A stretch of 32,000 bases of DNA from Acaryochloris marina S15 (lineage in GTDB: Bacteria; Cyanobacteriota; Cyanobacteriia; Thermosynechococcales; Thermosynechococcaceae): NCBI RefSeq assembly GCF_018336915.1, contig NZ_CP064923.1, positions 1,620,001-1,652,000 of the forward strand, read 5' to 3'. Under the pieces are notes generated by a model, which saw nothing but the letters and a program-made list of their open reading frames with translations, searched no databases and was not told the origin of the DNA. Below, piece by piece: positions 30,905 through 32,000 of the stretch (positions are counted from its first letter, which is position 1; each line of letters opens with the position of its first letter). Both the position numbers and the translations under genes were made by a program.

Positions 30905-32000
30905 ATGGTTCGAGAGCAACGCAAACAGGCTACCAATGTGATTGGCACGGTCAAAGGACCTGGAGAAAGTGGAAACCAGTATGTGTTTATCACCGCCGAT
31001 ACCCAACACATCAAAATTGGCGAATTTGTGTCCTATCGCCTCACCCAAACCGACAATGTTCCCGTCGAAATTTTAGGTAAGATTTCAGCCTGCACCCTCG
31101 TGGATCATCTCCCGGATCGCATTTTTGCAGATACAGAAATTGACCCCAGTGCCATTGCTGCTCTGATCGGCTTTAAGTACTCCAGTCCCGAAATCTATGA
31201 AGTGGCTGTGGATGTGATCGGCTACTTCCATCCCAATCTTGGGTTTATGAATCCGCGCCAGCCCCCCGAACCAGGGGCCAAAGTGTATCGCGCTGATGAT
31301 CCTACCCTGCGGCGGATTCTGAATAAGCGCCAAGTCGGAGAGGTGGGCTCAGCCACGATTGGATCCTTACTGCTGCGGGATCTAGATGCCGTTCCCATTA
31401 GCCTAGATGTCAAAGCACTCGTCAGTACCCATATGGCGATTTTGGCGGGCACAGGCTCCGGCAAATCCTATACCGCTGGCGTCCTGATTGAAGAACTCCT
31501 CCGTCCTCATAATCGCGCAGCCGTCCTAATTTTTGACCCCCACGGCGAATATGGCACCCTAGAAGCCATGCGCGGCCATCCCGCTTTTAGCAGTGACGAT
31601 GGCTATGCTCCCCAGGTGCAAATCCTAACGCCAGAGCAGATCACCATTCGAATTTCGTCCCTCAGCTATGCCGATATCAAAATGCTGTTGCCGGAAATGA
31701 GTGAGCGCCAGCAGGCCATCCTCAATAAAGGCTTTAACAATCTTCAAGCTAGGAAACGTAAAAATGCCCGCTGGGATATCAATGATTTGATTTACGAGGT
31801 TAATGAAGCTGACGTTGTTCAAGATAAAAGCGGTAATGATCAGCCGGGTTCCTCTGCCCAAGCCCTGGAATGGAAACTAGAAAAACTCGCTAACTCCCCC
31901 TACTTCCATGCCTTTGAACACCTCACCCCTCAAGATTTATTTGAGCCGGGGCAAGTGACCGTTCTGCAAATGAACGAAATTAGTCAAGAAGAACAGCAGG
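30905..32000 (+). CDS. herA: HerA-like (DUF87) AAA ATPase, N-terminal 365 codons; the gene runs off the right edge
   Basis: Absent from the ORF track because it is open-ended. My translation from ATG 30905 has no stop to the end of the window. It reads MVREQRKQATNVIGTVKGPGESGNQYVFITADTQHIKIGEFVSYRL (HAS-barrel-like N-terminus) ...VSTHMAILAGTGSGKSYTAGVLIEELL (Walker A) ...AVLIFDPHGEY. The minus-strand track ORFs here (31085..31333, 31222..31464, 31625..31861) are antisense shadows. Confidence 0.8.
   Translation, partial: MVREQRKQATNVIGTVKGPGESGNQYVFITADTQHIKIGEFVSYRLTQTDNVPVEILGKISACTLVDHLPDRIFADTEIDPSAIAALIGFKYSSPEIYEVAVDVIGYFHPNLGFMNPRQPPEPGAKVYRADDPTLRRILNKRQVGEVGSATIGSLLLRDLDAVPISLDVKALVSTHMAILAGTGSGKSYTAGVLIEELLRPHNRAAVLIFDPHGEYGTLEAMRGHPAFSSDDGYAPQVQILTPEQITIRISSLSYADIKMLLPEMSERQQAILNKGFNNLQARKRKNARWDINDLIYEVNEADVVQDKSGNDQPGSSAQALEWKLEKLANSPYFHAFEHLTPQDLFEPGQVTVLQMNEISQEEQQ

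Overview
This looks like a cyanobacterial chromosomal segment. It has 11 copies of the HIP1 octamer GCGATCGC, a pentapeptide-repeat protein and a cyanobacterial-style gene set. I support 24 protein-coding genes, counting one at each window edge that the ORF track misses, plus one toxin pseudogene. I recognised no rRNA, tRNA, CRISPR array or transposase.

Housekeeping or conserved genes: alpha/beta hydrolase, recG, dut, a GNAT acetyltransferase, a saccharopine-dehydrogenase-like reductase, a GT2 glycosyltransferase (MgdA/CslA-like) and a partial HerA-like ATPase.

Signalling genes are dense: FHA-PAS-GAF-GGDEF-EAL, REC-GGDEF-EAL, a membrane Ser/Thr kinase, and an MscS channel fused to a C-terminal DEP domain.

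Two regions look accessory:
- About 11.1-13.1 kb is a visibly AT-richer islet between dut and a small conserved gene. It holds a HigB/HigA-type toxin-antitoxin pair whose toxin carries an in-frame TAG at codon 9. It also holds a two-gene cassette of unknown function, with a 20-bp-stem hairpin at the junction of the two genes.
- About 14.9-24.3 kb is a HIP1-free locus of four predicted secreted proteins. It is built around two divergently transcribed giant adhesin-like genes (1030 aa and 1386 aa). Their bodies are unrelated but they share a C-terminal domain of about 200 aa. They are separated by a 1-kb AT-rich spacer containing a perfect 16-bp-arm palindrome, and a c-di-GMP enzyme gene follows.

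The second locus is my best candidate for an undescribed system, but I cannot assign it a mechanism from sequence alone. All family and domain calls come from motif recognition by eye and memory; no searches were run.
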